From: a bacterium | GTDB taxonomy: Bacteria; Patescibacteriota; Microgenomatia; UBA1400; UBA12108 | Assembly (NCBI GenBank): GCA_021788365.1 | Contig: JAJYKS010000003.1 | Span: 73,810-137,809 of the forward strand | Direction of reading: 5' to 3' | DNA length: 64,000 bases | Shown here: in pieces, positions 38,421-47,707 of the stretch | How positions within the stretch are numbered: the stretch's first letter is position 1 | How the letters are laid out: every line of letters starts with the position of its first letter | Notes under the pieces: generated by a model | Seen by the model: only the letters and a program-made list of their open reading frames with translations | Told to the model about the DNA's origin: nothing | Databases searched by the model: none | Translations under genes and position numbers: made by a program

Positions 38421-39995
38421 AATTGGATTGGCTGGTCGCAAAGATGGGTTTTTGATCAATAGTTCCGTGTATTTTTGAGGTTCGAGCCGCTTCTTGTACT
38501 TTTCTTCCCATTTTTCGGGATTTTGTATAGCCAGAAAATGGTTTAACAGGTGTATCCGTATATTCTTATTGAAGTAGGTGAGGTTCGAACTGAGATCGAG
38601 TAGCAGCTTATGCTTTTCTTCTCTGGTTCCCGTCTTGAATTTGTGCTCTGCAGCGTAGGCTAGGTCAAGTGCATTTTCTATTCGCCTGCGATTATCGTCG
38701 AGATCCTGACTTGTGTTGGTTAGCTGCTGCTCCAGGGTATGTTTTTCACTCTCTAGCTTGCGTTTCTTCTCGTTGTATACAGCTTCGTCGATGTTATTTT
38801 CAAGACGCATATCCAAAAGGGTATTTAATTTGTTCTCTACGATTTGGAGAGCGCTTTGGCGTGAAGCCATGACGTTTTCTTGGAACAGGTGCTCGTCTTT
38901 ATGAGCGTATCTAAGCCATTTTTTGGCCCATTCGACAAACTCTTGGGGTGGGCGAATGGAAAGTAATACTTCTTTGATTTGGTCATTGAGCTCAGATTCC
39001 GTTATCGGTTTTTGATTACAGCGAGGGAACCGTCTTTTCTTCGAGCAATGATAGTAAGTGTATATGGCGGTACGATTGGTTTTTTTGTAATGCTTGGGTT
39101 TACGGCTAGCGGTAATAGAGCACCCACATTCTTCACAACGCATGAGTCCGGTTAAGTTAAACAAATGTGATCTCCTAATCGGCTTGCCGAGTTTGCCGAG
39201 CATGCGTTGAATGATGTCGAATTCGACTCTGGTAATCATTGCTTCATGTTTACCTTGAATCCAATGTCCTGATTGCGCTGGCCACTCGTATTCTCCGTAG
39301 TAGAAGGGGTTATTGAGTATATTGTAAAAAGTAGAGCCGGAGAGTTTACCTCCTTGTTGTCCGGTGAGTTTCCATTCGTTGCGTGCCATTAGCCATACGT
39401 CGCAAGCTTGTGAACCTGCGAGAATTTCGTGGAAGCATCGTTTTACGAGCGCGAACTTGAGCGGGTCATTTTTTATGGTTTTATATCCTTTGGCAAGTTC
39501 GGGTGTGTTGATGTAGCCTAATGGAGCTACGGTAGGGTACCAGCCCATTTCGGCTTTTTGTTTCATGCCTCTTACAACATCAACTCCTTTTTTATCGTTC
39601 TCATACTTGGCTTGGATCATACAGAATGCCAGCCACATTTTGTCATTGGGGTTGTTGAGGAAAGTTTGGGAGGGGGTGATAATGCGGATCAGCAGTTTTC
39701 TATCCATGAGGTCGATAATTCGAGCGGAGTCTACCGGGTTACGGGAGAGACGATCAGCGTGCCATACCATTATGGTGTCGACCTCCCCGTTTTCTATTAG
39801 CTCCATGAGCCTGTTAAACTGCTCTCGTCGCCCGGAGATTTTGGCGGATTTAGATTCGTAGAGCTCAATTCTTTCTTTGGGGAGATCAGGTGTTCTTTCG
39901 GCTAGTTTGTTCATTTCTTCCATTTGTGCCGGAATGGAAAGCATTTGCCGATCTTCTGTTTCACTGGATTTACGTGCGTAAATTGCATATTTCAT
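38379..39995 (-). CDS. large serine recombinase (resolvase/invertase catalytic domain + recombinase domain + zinc ribbon)
   Basis: 538 aa; N-terminal YARKSSETEDRQMLSIPAQ with the catalytic Ser; recombinase domain; CEECGC...CSKK zinc ribbon; C-terminal coiled coil; the last about 14 codons read into the tRNA-Asn 3' half. Confidence 0.8.
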   Translation of the reverse strand: MKYAIYARKSSETEDRQMLSIPAQMEEMNKLAERTPDLPKERIELYESKSAKISGRREQFNRLMELIENGEVDTIMVWHADRLSRNPVDSARIIDLMDRKLLIRIITPSQTFLNNPNDKMWLAFCMIQAKYENDKKGVDVVRGMKQKAEMGWYPTVAPLGYINTPELAKGYKTIKNDPLKFALVKRCFHEILAGSQACDVWLMARNEWKLTGQQGGKLSGSTFYNILNNPFYYGEYEWPAQSGHWIQGKHEAMITRVEFDIIQRMLGKLGKPIRRSHLFNLTGLMRCEECGCSITASRKPKHYKKTNRTAIYTYYHCSKKRRFPRCNQKPITESELNDQIKEVLLSIRPPQEFVEWAKKWLRYAHKDEHLFQENVMASRQSALQIVENKLNTLLDMRLENNIDEAVYNEKKRKLESEKHTLEQQLTNTSQDLDDNRRRIENALDLAYAAEHKFKTGTREEKHKLLLDLSSNLTYFNKNIRIHLLNHFLAIQNPEKWEEKYKKRLEPQKYTELLIKNPSLRPANPIWLPRQGSNLRHPR

Positions 39996-40060
39996 GTTTT
40001 CCTTTCAAGGTAAATAAAAGCATTTAATGAGTTATATAGCTACCATAAAGGGAAGTAGGA

Positions 40061-40104
40061 GTTACTTTATAGTTACTTTTCCTATAGTTACTATAGTTAC
40101 TATA
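40061..40104. repeat. four tandem copies of a TAGTTACT-type unit (iteron/arm-site-like) upstream of the integrase gene
   Basis: gttactttatagttacttttcctatagttactatagttactata; a related pair gtagttatttgtagttata occurs at 43374-43395. Confidence 0.5.
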
Positions 40105-40432
40105 TTGGTATTTCCTCCGGATTAACTGACATGAGTGGCTCGTAGGGGAGGTCTAGCCTGCGAAACTCGTCATAGATTTTTTCTTCAATAGCTTGCCACA
40201 GTTCCTTATCTTCGAAATAAACAACTTTCATCCAATATGGACCTGTGGGAATAGACGGTGGTTCTATCTGGATTTTCTCTTGAAAACGAGGATGTGTGAA
40301 TTGAGACTTCTGTATCCGTATTCCGTGTATCCTTAATCCTCCGATAAGGATGTCGGCACGTGCTATTACGCTAGTTTTTTTGGTTACCGGTCTGACCGAT
40401 ATGTCTTGCAGGTCGTAAATGTTGAGTGTCAT
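40100..40432 (-). CDS. hypothetical protein (weak SpoVG-like resemblance)
   Basis: 110 aa; pattern IxVRPV...IARADILIGGLRIHGIRI loosely recalls SpoVG; not secure. Confidence 0.35.
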   Translation of the reverse strand: MTLNIYDLQDISVRPVTKKTSVIARADILIGGLRIHGIRIQKSQFTHPRFQEKIQIEPPSIPTGPYWMKVVYFEDKELWQAIEEKIYDEFRRLDLPYEPLMSVNPEEIPI

Positions 40433-40453
40433 CTTTCATCTCCTTTCGTACTT

Positions 40454-40681
40454 TTAATCTTTTTCCATGAACGCGTGCAGTGCATGAGTAAGCTGTTCGG
40501 TTGTTTTGTACACACCCTCGTTTGTAAGACCGTGTTGGTAGGCAACACGCAGCTTAAATATGATTTCTGAGCTTTTTGCCGTCTGGATGAAATGGTAAAT
40601 GCGTTTGATTTTGCGGGATCTGATAGATTGGATCGTGCCGGTAGGATCAATGGCTTGAATGGCGATTTGAGGAGGTTTCAT
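40454..40681 (-). CDS. hypothetical small protein
   Basis: 75 aa; start ATG overlaps the stop of the upstream 49-aa ORF (ATGA). Confidence 0.35.
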   Translation of the reverse strand: MKPPQIAIQAIDPTGTIQSIRSRKIKRIYHFIQTAKSSEIIFKLRVAYQHGLTNEGVYKTTEQLTHALHAFMEKD

Positions 40682-40827
40682 TGTTTCAACTCCGATGGTT
40701 TGGTGACTAGCTCTACAAAGTTGAATAACTTGTTTGCGTATTCGGAAGCTTCCTCAAAGGACAATATAACCCCGTATAGTTTTTTGTAGATGTCCTGGTA
40801 TTCGATCACAGCTTCTCTAGGTAGCAT
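40679..40827 (-). CDS. hypothetical small protein (49 aa, not in the ORF track)
   Basis: Reverse strand ATGCTACCTAGAGAAGCTGTGATCGAATACCAG... gives MLPREAVIEYQDIYKKLYGVILSFEEASEYANKLFNFVELVTKPSELKQ; stop overlaps the downstream start; begins 1 nt after the upstream stop. Confidence 0.3.
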
Positions 40828-40828
40828 G

Positions 40829-41074
40829 TCATAATCCTTGGTGAAGCCTCGTTTTTAATTCGTTTATGGCGTCAATGACTGCTTTGGTGGGAAGTACAAG
40901 TTTGCCATTCCAATGCTGCTCTATAAGGTTGTTGGCTTGTAAAGGAGAGATGTCGAAGTGGAACAGGTATGTTTTGCTGTCTATTGGTTCCAGGTGGGTA
41001 AGTGTGGCGCCGGCTGCACGAAGACATGCGCTTAGGTAGAAATCGCGTGATTGAAAAGTTATTCCATTGTTCAT
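40829..41074 (-). CDS. hypothetical small protein (possibly DUF5659-like)
   Basis: 81 aa; DFYLSACLRAAG...YLFHF...LKTRL pattern. Confidence 0.35.
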   Translation of the reverse strand: MNNGITFQSRDFYLSACLRAAGATLTHLEPIDSKTYLFHFDISPLQANNLIEQHWNGKLVLPTKAVIDAINELKTRLHQGL

Positions 41075-41149
41075 TATGCTCTCGACTTTATGTCAAAAGC
41101 ATAGGACTAAATACCACAGTAAAAGTTTAGAAAAAGTGTTGGAAACTGT

Positions 41150-41887
41150 CTATTTTAGGAGTTTTTCGATGGGCTCGTTTGACATAACGTAGGTTAGTAG
41201 GTCTTTGTGAGTGAAGAGGCTTGAAAGATAGTCATTTAGCCTTGTTACGCGGGTGTCCATGTCTTTATATGTCATTTCTTGGAACATGATGTCTTCTGGA
41301 TCAAATTTGCTTCTAATCCTCTCCAAGAGCTTAATGTTTTTCCTTGCTTTGCCGGATTTTGAGTATGTTGTGACTAGATTGTAGATTTGGCGAATAGACA
41401 AATCCACCGAAAGTGTTTTCTTGTTGATTTGGATTTTGTTGACGGGAAGAGTATCGAGTTGATCTTTTAAAGCCTTGTTTTTTCTGATCAATTCTGCCAG
41501 TTCTGTTCGTGACATTTGTTCGTTTACCGTAATGGTCACTTTTCCGTTTCCTTTCGTACTTGAGATTGGAGGTATGCATACCCGATGTTTCACGAGCGGC
41601 AGTCCTATGAGTAGAGCAGTGATTGTTGTTGTCCAATTCCACGCGAGATTTAGTCGGCTGGTTAGTAAGATGGCGATATTGATAAGTCGCTTGTGGTCGA
41701 TATTGCGAAATGCGTCGGAATCAGTTGCTATTCCATCCACGGGTATGCCGCATGCTTTTCTGGTTTTGGATATAACTATTTGGAAAGTTGGGATTTCCAT
41801 GAGTAGAAAAAAATACTTTTTTTCGCCCGGTGTGAATTCAATCTCATTGGGATCTGTTGGTTTAGCAAACTTGATATTCATTTTCAT
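41150..41887 (-). CDS. hypothetical protein
   Basis: Trimmed to MKMNIKFAKP (ATG at 41885-41887); 245 aa; no motif recognised; could be a replication/regulatory protein of the element. Confidence 0.45.
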   Translation of the reverse strand: MKMNIKFAKPTDPNEIEFTPGEKKYFFLLMEIPTFQIVISKTRKACGIPVDGIATDSDAFRNIDHKRLINIAILLTSRLNLAWNWTTTITALLIGLPLVKHRVCIPPISSTKGNGKVTITVNEQMSRTELAELIRKNKALKDQLDTLPVNKIQINKKTLSVDLSIRQIYNLVTTYSKSGKARKNIKLLERIRSKFDPEDIMFQEMTYKDMDTRVTRLNDYLSSLFTHKDLLTYVMSNEPIEKLLK

Positions 41888-41895
41888 GTACGTAC

Positions 41896-42108
41896 ATTTT
41901 ACTCTGGTTGAAGACCCATAGGCTATGCTACAATCGTTTTGTTCGCCTAAACCTCGAGTAATCGAGGCATGGTGAGAAATACCGCTACAGAACGAGGGAG
42001 CTCCTCGTTTAGGTGCTGTAGCGGTCGCATCTCGAAAGGGGTGTGGGTGGCGCAAGCCACTGCCTAGCGGGGAGCTTTTTGTAGCTCCTAGCCTAGGGTT
42101 AGGAGATC
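41896..42108 (+). promoter_or_regulatory. extended -10 promoter (TTGAAG ... TGcTACAAT) plus an about 185-nt structured leader with three hairpins and alternative pairings, ending in an AGGAGA RBS
   Basis: Hairpins CCTCGAGTAATCGAGG, GCTACAG-aaCGAGGgagctCCTCG-tttaggtg-CTGTAGC and GGAGCTttttgtAGCTCC; CCTAAAC can alternatively pair with GTTTAGG. Confidence 0.4.
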
Positions 42109-42891
42109 ATGCTACTAGACCGTAAGAAGATAGGACATTATTTCGCAGAAGCAGTAAAGATACTGGTGGCTTCTGTCATTGTTATCTATTTGGTCTTTAC
42201 AGCCCTCCATTCCAGTGACAAAGTTGCTGATGTCCCATCACCAGCCCCAGCTAGTAATACATGTATCCGACAATCCCCATACCCATTAAAGCCGGAGTTT
42301 GACCGTGTGCTGAGCCTACTGCTGCAGCGATATCAACAAGCTAACTCTCCCCAATATGCCACTTTCTCTATAATGCGAAATTGTCTTGACGTGCAGTTTG
42401 CTGACCTTGGTAATCAAGGAGCCGAGGGAGTATTCTATTTTGATCAAAAACTGTCTAATCCTCAACGTCTATTGATTGAGGTTGATTCCAAATACTCGTC
42501 CACCGATGATCTTACGACGGCTTTTCTATTGTCACACGAGATGGCTCATGCCAGGCAATATGTCGAAAGTACAAGTAGTAATAAGCAGTGGGGCTGTGTT
42601 GATGCTGAGGTGGATGCGTTCTATTCCCAACTTCTGTTTGGTGCCATGCTTAACAAAGAGGAAAGTAGTTCAATTGTTTCGAGGCTAGAGCGAGGATCCA
42701 ACAACAGCCAACTGAAAGAATATGAGCATCTATTGGACGTCAGCTACACGGCGATCGGTGAGTGTCGAAGTGGCAATAGCGCTCAAGGCAAGGTTGATAC
42801 AGTTTGTTACAAAGACAAATTGTACAAAGCAATGCGTGCCGAAATTGTCTCAAATCCGTTTTACCAAGAAGAATGCAAAGGGGACCTGTGA
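42109..42891 (+). CDS. membrane-anchored HExxH zinc metallopeptidase-like protein
   Basis: 260 aa; N-terminal TM; HEMAH motif (LSHEMAHARQY); no further family assignment. Confidence 0.55.
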   Translation: MLLDRKKIGHYFAEAVKILVASVIVIYLVFTALHSSDKVADVPSPAPASNTCIRQSPYPLKPEFDRVLSLLLQRYQQANSPQYATFSIMRNCLDVQFADLGNQGAEGVFYFDQKLSNPQRLLIEVDSKYSSTDDLTTAFLLSHEMAHARQYVESTSSNKQWGCVDAEVDAFYSQLLFGAMLNKEESSSIVSRLERGSNNSQLKEYEHLLDVSYTAIGECRSGNSAQGKVDTVCYKDKLYKAMRAEIVSNPFYQEECKGDL

Positions 42892-42915
42892 TCTACTACA
42901 TAATCTTCATACCCA

Positions 42916-43067
42916 TGGTACTTGGGATCGCTTATTATCTTTGGTCGGCTAAATATCCGGAACTTGGAGAGAAACTCGAAGAGAGACTTGAACCAGTGGT
43001 ACAGTTCTGCGGATACTGTCTGGGGATCGGAATTATCCTTGTTCTTTTATGGGGAATGTTTTCGTAA
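42916..43067 (+). CDS. hypothetical small hydrophobic peptide
   Basis: MVLGIAYYLWSAKYPELGEKLEERLEPVVQFCGYCLGIGIILVLLWGMFS; start ambiguous (the track ORF starts earlier in an overlapping frame). Confidence 0.3.
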
Positions 43068-43450
43068 GGAGATTGGCATCAGTCTTCATATACTAGGGAT
43101 ATAGGAGGCATGGTTTAGTGCATTTTGTTGCTCACGGGGCCACCTGAGGGTGTAACGCCTCGTAAGGATTTTTTGGTGCGGACATTGTCTTATCGACAAA
43201 ACATTGCCCCAAGAGCCTTTAAGCGGCCAAACACATAAATTTGCCTTTTATGTGTGTGTTTCCTCTGAAAACCTTTAGTATCCTTAAGTTTGTCCAGAAA
43301 ACATGGAATACTTTTGAATCGTTGATCTTGGCAGAACGTATATTTTTAGTTAGCGACTTGAGTAATAGTTGTAGTTATTTGTAGTTATATTTCTGGTTAC
43401 CTTGAGCATCCTTGAGTTATTTAGTCTATGATACCCTCAATAGTTGATGG

Positions 43451-45244
43451 TTAAAGTTGATTTTTATCTCTAAGTCTCCGATATAGTTCTGCAACCCATG
43501 GCGAATAGTGTTTTGTCTGAAATACTAAATGTAGCTCATATTTTGCCCTGGTTACCCCCACATAAAACAATCTTCTCGCTTCATACATGTCTTCGGAATT
43601 ATCCGGTTCGTATTGATTCGGGAAATGGCCTTGGTTCATATTGAACAGAATCACAATATCAAATTCTCTGCCTTTTGAACTGTGAAGCGTACTTAGATTG
43701 AGTCTTCCCTCATTAGTCATGTGACCCGAAAATTGCAGTAGAGATAGGTCCGAGTTATTCATGGAGCCATCAGTCCTTTGTATCATCGTATCAATTGTTG
43801 ACCAATCATCGATTTTTGTTTTAGCTAATGCAAGCCATGGTGTAATTAACTCTTCTTTAAATTTTAATAGCCAATCATGAGTTGAGCCTGTTGAGTTTAT
43901 AGTCTTGTGTAGAAATCCCAAAAGGGTGGTTTCTATGTATCTTTGTTCTTCTCTAGAGATTGTATGTCCGTATACTAGTCTGATTGCCTCGGTGGTGAGA
44001 TGCTGGAATGATGGACTTGCGTTTTTCCATCCGCCCGTAATCCATGATGAGCATGCTTCAATGAACCGAGATAATCGATTGTTTCTTAGGATTAGTGCAT
44101 TTCTGTCTGCACGAATAACAGGAATATTCTGGGATGCTGCAATTGAGGATAGTAAGTCTCCATCTTTAGAGTCACGATAAAGTACGGCGATTTTTTCAAG
44201 CGGTACTCCATTTTCACTTAGCTTAGGTATTAACTCTTTGATTACATAATTTGCTTGTTCTGTGAGATTTCCATCAACTTTGTCAAAGGATATCAATCCT
44301 TTGCTCGTTCCTGAAGGAGCTTTGTGGTTTCGATCTTGACCAAGTGCAGAGTTGGACGCTTCAATAATGCTTGTTCCACATCTGTAATTAAAAGGAAGTT
44401 GTATAGTTTTAACTTGTGGGTAAGTGGTTAGGCTCTTTAATAGTTCAGGATTTGCGCCAGTAAACCGATAGATTGATTGATCTGGATCCCCGACCGCGAA
44501 AAGTCGAATATTCGATTTGAAGCAGAGTTGTAATACTAATTCATGTAGAGCGGTGCCAAGATCCTGATATTCGTCAATAAAGAGTACTGGGTATTTTGCA
44601 TGCATTGCCTCCCTTATCCACTCGTTTTCGATTACTAATCTAGCTGCTAACAATGGCATGTCTTCAAAATCAATTAGACCATTTTTGCGAAGATCATTTT
44701 CATACGAGTTGATAATCGCAATAATGCCCTTATCCTGATTATTCCAATTTTCGCTATTTCTATTGACTACTGTTCGCCTTATTAATTCAGCAGTTTTCCA
44801 TGTGTTGTTTTGTATTATCGGTTTTCCAGTAACGACTTGAAAAGAATTTAGCTTAGACTGTTTTGTTTGCTGAAGCGTAGCTATTTGAGGTTCTATTGGA
44901 AAATCCTTGTAAACACATCTTGCATAGGGCAATATGATCTGCGAATATGCAAAGCTATGTACTGTTCCAATAAAAATTCTATCACTTGGCTCTATTCCTA
45001 TTTTCAGTAGTTTTCCTTCTAACTCTAGTGCACACTCGTTGTTATATGTTACACAAGCAATTCCCCGCGGCTCTACAACATCGTCTAATAATGCGCGCGC
45101 AATTGCTGTTGTAAGCGTTCTTGTTTTTCCACTGCCTGGACCGGCTAAAACTACACAGTGTCCTTTTTCCTGAACTGCCTCAATTTGCTGAGGGTTGCCA
45201 TCCATTTCTTCGAGCGTTTGTTGAAAAAGACTACGACTGGACAT
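43451..45244 (-). CDS. gajB: UvrD/PcrA-like superfamily 1 helicase, Gabija GajB-like
   Basis: 597 aa; Q-motif/Walker A VVLAGPGSGKTRTL, Walker B FIDEYQD, motifs III-VI; start overlaps the upstream OLD-family gene by 14 nt. Confidence 0.7.
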   Translation of the reverse strand: MSSRSLFQQTLEEMDGNPQQIEAVQEKGHCVVLAGPGSGKTRTLTTAIARALLDDVVEPRGIACVTYNNECALELEGKLLKIGIEPSDRIFIGTVHSFAYSQIILPYARCVYKDFPIEPQIATLQQTKQSKLNSFQVVTGKPIIQNNTWKTAELIRRTVVNRNSENWNNQDKGIIAIINSYENDLRKNGLIDFEDMPLLAARLVIENEWIREAMHAKYPVLFIDEYQDLGTALHELVLQLCFKSNIRLFAVGDPDQSIYRFTGANPELLKSLTTYPQVKTIQLPFNYRCGTSIIEASNSALGQDRNHKAPSGTSKGLISFDKVDGNLTEQANYVIKELIPKLSENGVPLEKIAVLYRDSKDGDLLSSIAASQNIPVIRADRNALILRNNRLSRFIEACSSWITGGWKNASPSFQHLTTEAIRLVYGHTISREEQRYIETTLLGFLHKTINSTGSTHDWLLKFKEELITPWLALAKTKIDDWSTIDTMIQRTDGSMNNSDLSLLQFSGHMTNEGRLNLSTLHSSKGREFDIVILFNMNQGHFPNQYEPDNSEDMYEARRLFYVGVTRAKYELHLVFQTKHYSPWVAELYRRLRDKNQL

Positions 45245-47018
45245 TGTTTGAAATATACTCCAGAGCTACTTTTATGTATTCTGGCGGATTCAGGCCGATA
45301 CTTGCTTCGGAGAGTTTCCCAGCGAGCCTACCTTTTCCTATGTCAGAAATCATGGATAGTAACTGCTCTCCATTTATTGGACTCTCTCCATTTTTCCATG
45401 ATTCAATTCTTTGCTGTCTGACTGATCCAAAATTCTGTGCTTGAATGACCTCGAGAAGGGCGGTTCCTAATTCAGGAGTTTCTGCGACTTCGATTTCTAA
45501 AGTTGAGTTATTGCAAAATATACCATTTTCCATCCCTAAGCTTTTTAGTTTCTCTTCATCATTTGATAATTCTTGTTTTTCTGTTTCTGACATTTGCTCT
45601 TCATTTTTGAGTTCATTATTTAACTGGATTAACGAGAGTAGCCTATTAATACCTAGTGGTTGTTTGCCAGTAAGAGGATCCCAGTCTGTGATGATGCAAA
45701 AAGGAAGAGATAGCGATCTGGCGAGACGAACATAAGGGTCAAAGTTGACCCCGCCAACATTACATACGCTAATACCTAGGTCATCGAGATTTATGTTTAG
45801 GGTTTTGGAGAAAACAGGCATAAGAGCTTCTTCAGCGTCTCCTTCAACAAAAATAACACCTTTGGCAAACAAAATCTCTGCTCGAGTAGTATCCAAGTAT
45901 CTTTGTAAATCTTCCATCAACTCTGGCTGTAGAGCTAAACTTGCCAAGGAATGTCCTACGGTACCAAGCCCGTTTTCTTGTTTTAACACTACGATGGAGT
46001 TGAGTTGAGCAACACTCGCAATATTGGGTGAATGGGTGGTCATCAACAGACATAACGGTTCGTCTTTACTACTTTCAAAGAGCTTCTTAAAAACAGTTCG
46101 CTGAAGGTGTGGATGCAGATGTGCTTCTGGTTCCTCTATACACATTATCGTAAAATTTTGATCATTTTTTGTTCTAAGCCATTCGTATTCTGCTAACTTA
46201 AGGGTAAGGAGAACAAGATTTGCCGAGCCGAGGCTGGCATCGGATATTCCTCGTTTTCCATTGTCAATTAGCATGCGTACTGATCTGAATAATCGTTGCG
46301 GATTTGTTGGTGCAATGCCAAATTTAGCGTTTACATCGTTCATGGGGCCAGTAAGCGTCGAAATTTTGGAAGTGAGAGATGATTCCAAATCTTTAATGGA
46401 AGTGATGTTCGTTACTTGGGCAGTTGCATCTTCAACATTTTTTGCTACTTCTATAATTGTTTCTTTGGGAACTTTGCTAATGGCATCATCTAATAGTGGT
46501 CGAAGTGGAGAAGTTTGCCAGTTTCCGAGTTCTGTTTCAGCATCTCTGAGTGCATGTAAAATTTCAATGCATATTTTGTTTCTAACACTATTGGAAATAC
46601 CACCTCTGGATTCGTCACCCGCACCATAAACTTTAAATTCATAATCTGTTTCGGACTGCGCTTCCCCTGATACTTCTGGTTTTTTCCGATATACATAGCT
46701 TAATCTAGAAATTGTGTGGTCTTCAGCAAGTCTGTAGTCGGTTAGGAGGGCTAGTATTGCTTCATCACTATCAAAATCTGAAAAATCGAGATGTATTTCC
46801 ACTGTTGGGTTAGGATCGGTACATTCATCCCAAATATCCGTTTGCTTAAGTTGTCTAGCTGAGTCAGGTAGTGAAGCGTCTAAAACTAGCCTTAGCGCAA
46901 ATAGAAAATTGCTTTTACCGACTCTATTTTCGCCAACTATTACGGTATTTCCGCTTAGAGGAATGTCAAGCGATTTGAAGTTTCTAAAGTTTTTTATTTG
47001 AACTCTGGATAGTCTCAT
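45231..47018 (-). CDS. gajA: OLD-family ATPase-TOPRIM nuclease, Gabija GajA-like
   Basis: 595 aa; RecF/ABC-like N-terminus (MRLSRVQIKNFRNFKSL, Walker A GENRVGKSN, IEEPEAHLHP Walker B/H-loop) and C-terminal TOPRIM (FVEGDAEE, ITDWD). Confidence 0.75.
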   Translation of the reverse strand: MRLSRVQIKNFRNFKSLDIPLSGNTVIVGENRVGKSNFLFALRLVLDASLPDSARQLKQTDIWDECTDPNPTVEIHLDFSDFDSDEAILALLTDYRLAEDHTISRLSYVYRKKPEVSGEAQSETDYEFKVYGAGDESRGGISNSVRNKICIEILHALRDAETELGNWQTSPLRPLLDDAISKVPKETIIEVAKNVEDATAQVTNITSIKDLESSLTSKISTLTGPMNDVNAKFGIAPTNPQRLFRSVRMLIDNGKRGISDASLGSANLVLLTLKLAEYEWLRTKNDQNFTIMCIEEPEAHLHPHLQRTVFKKLFESSKDEPLCLLMTTHSPNIASVAQLNSIVVLKQENGLGTVGHSLASLALQPELMEDLQRYLDTTRAEILFAKGVIFVEGDAEEALMPVFSKTLNINLDDLGISVCNVGGVNFDPYVRLARSLSLPFCIITDWDPLTGKQPLGINRLLSLIQLNNELKNEEQMSETEKQELSNDEEKLKSLGMENGIFCNNSTLEIEVAETPELGTALLEVIQAQNFGSVRQQRIESWKNGESPINGEQLLSMISDIGKGRLAGKLSEASIGLNPPEYIKVALEYISNNVQS

Positions 47019-47078
47019 AGTTGTATTTTACTCTTCTGGAGATAGACTTACATAAATTGGTCATAATTAGGCTAAAAT

Positions 47079-47558
47079 ATGGTTATGGATTCACAGACGG
47101 TAATAAGCTATGTGCTTGGGGCTATTTCTGGCTTGGCACTGGCTGTTCTCAAAACCGTTCCAAAGATTGTCGAGGATATTTGGACTGATCATCGCGAGGC
47201 TCGAAAAGCGATAAAACTAGATAAAAACAATCTTGTTAGCCAGTTGCTATACGACCTGCCAAAAGGAAAGGCTCAAGATTTTTACTATACTACCGTTAAG
47301 AAAAGTGATGGGGAACACATCGTTGCTCGAATGTCGAAGTATGACAAGAAAATGGCACAACAGATTGACGCGTACCTTGATCTCTGGAGGCACTATGCCA
47401 CCTCAAAACGTTTAATTGACGATAACCATGAAATTGTCCTGATGGATGAGTACGATGAACCGGTTTCTAAAGGGCCGTTATACGTTGAAGGGTTGCTAGA
47501 CAGACTTTGCAAGGAGTATGGTTCGATAATTGACCTCTTGAACAAATGGAAGGTTTAA
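47079..47558 (+). CDS. hypothetical protein with an N-terminal TM helix
   Basis: 159 aa; TM VISYVLGAISGLALAVL; no family recognised. Confidence 0.45.
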   Translation: MVMDSQTVISYVLGAISGLALAVLKTVPKIVEDIWTDHREARKAIKLDKNNLVSQLLYDLPKGKAQDFYYTTVKKSDGEHIVARMSKYDKKMAQQIDAYLDLWRHYATSKRLIDDNHEIVLMDEYDEPVSKGPLYVEGLLDRLCKEYGSIIDLLNKWKV

Positions 47559-47617
47559 GGGGCCTCTGTAATTCATAGTCGTAAGGATGGGGTAGAGTAG
47601 AGGAGAACGGCGTCCGA

Positions 47618-47642
47618 AATTGACTCTAGTACGGGGAGCAAG
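47618..47642. repeat. 25-bp direct repeat, copy A (AATTGACTCTAGTACGGGGAGCAAG)
   Basis: Identical 25-mer at 48541-48565; lies 65 nt upstream of the NTase-fold gene start. Confidence 0.6.
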
Positions 47643-47707
47643 CATTTTTACCTCTGGAAGTTGAAATGACCCGCATTGGAATAGAGAACTTCTGATAACA
47701 TGTATTC

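Noticed and set aside
38461-38490. gaggttcgagcc 12-mer resembling the tRNA-Asn T-arm about 60 bp downstream, considered as a possible att direct repeat
   Set aside because: Too short and too close to the tRNA (inside the integrase coding region) to define an element boundary; serine integrases are not expected to leave long direct repeats.
40429-40650. 73-aa ORF overlapping 40454-40681 in another frame
   Set aside because: Low-complexity Ser/Lys/Thr-rich translation; the alternative frame (40454-40681) is more protein-like and is translationally coupled to its neighbours.
41990-42060. Possible SRP (4.5S) RNA because of a GGTGCTGT match in the leader
   Set aside because: The conserved domain IV core (GUCAGGUCCGGAAGGAAGCAGC) is absent; treated as a structured mRNA leader instead.
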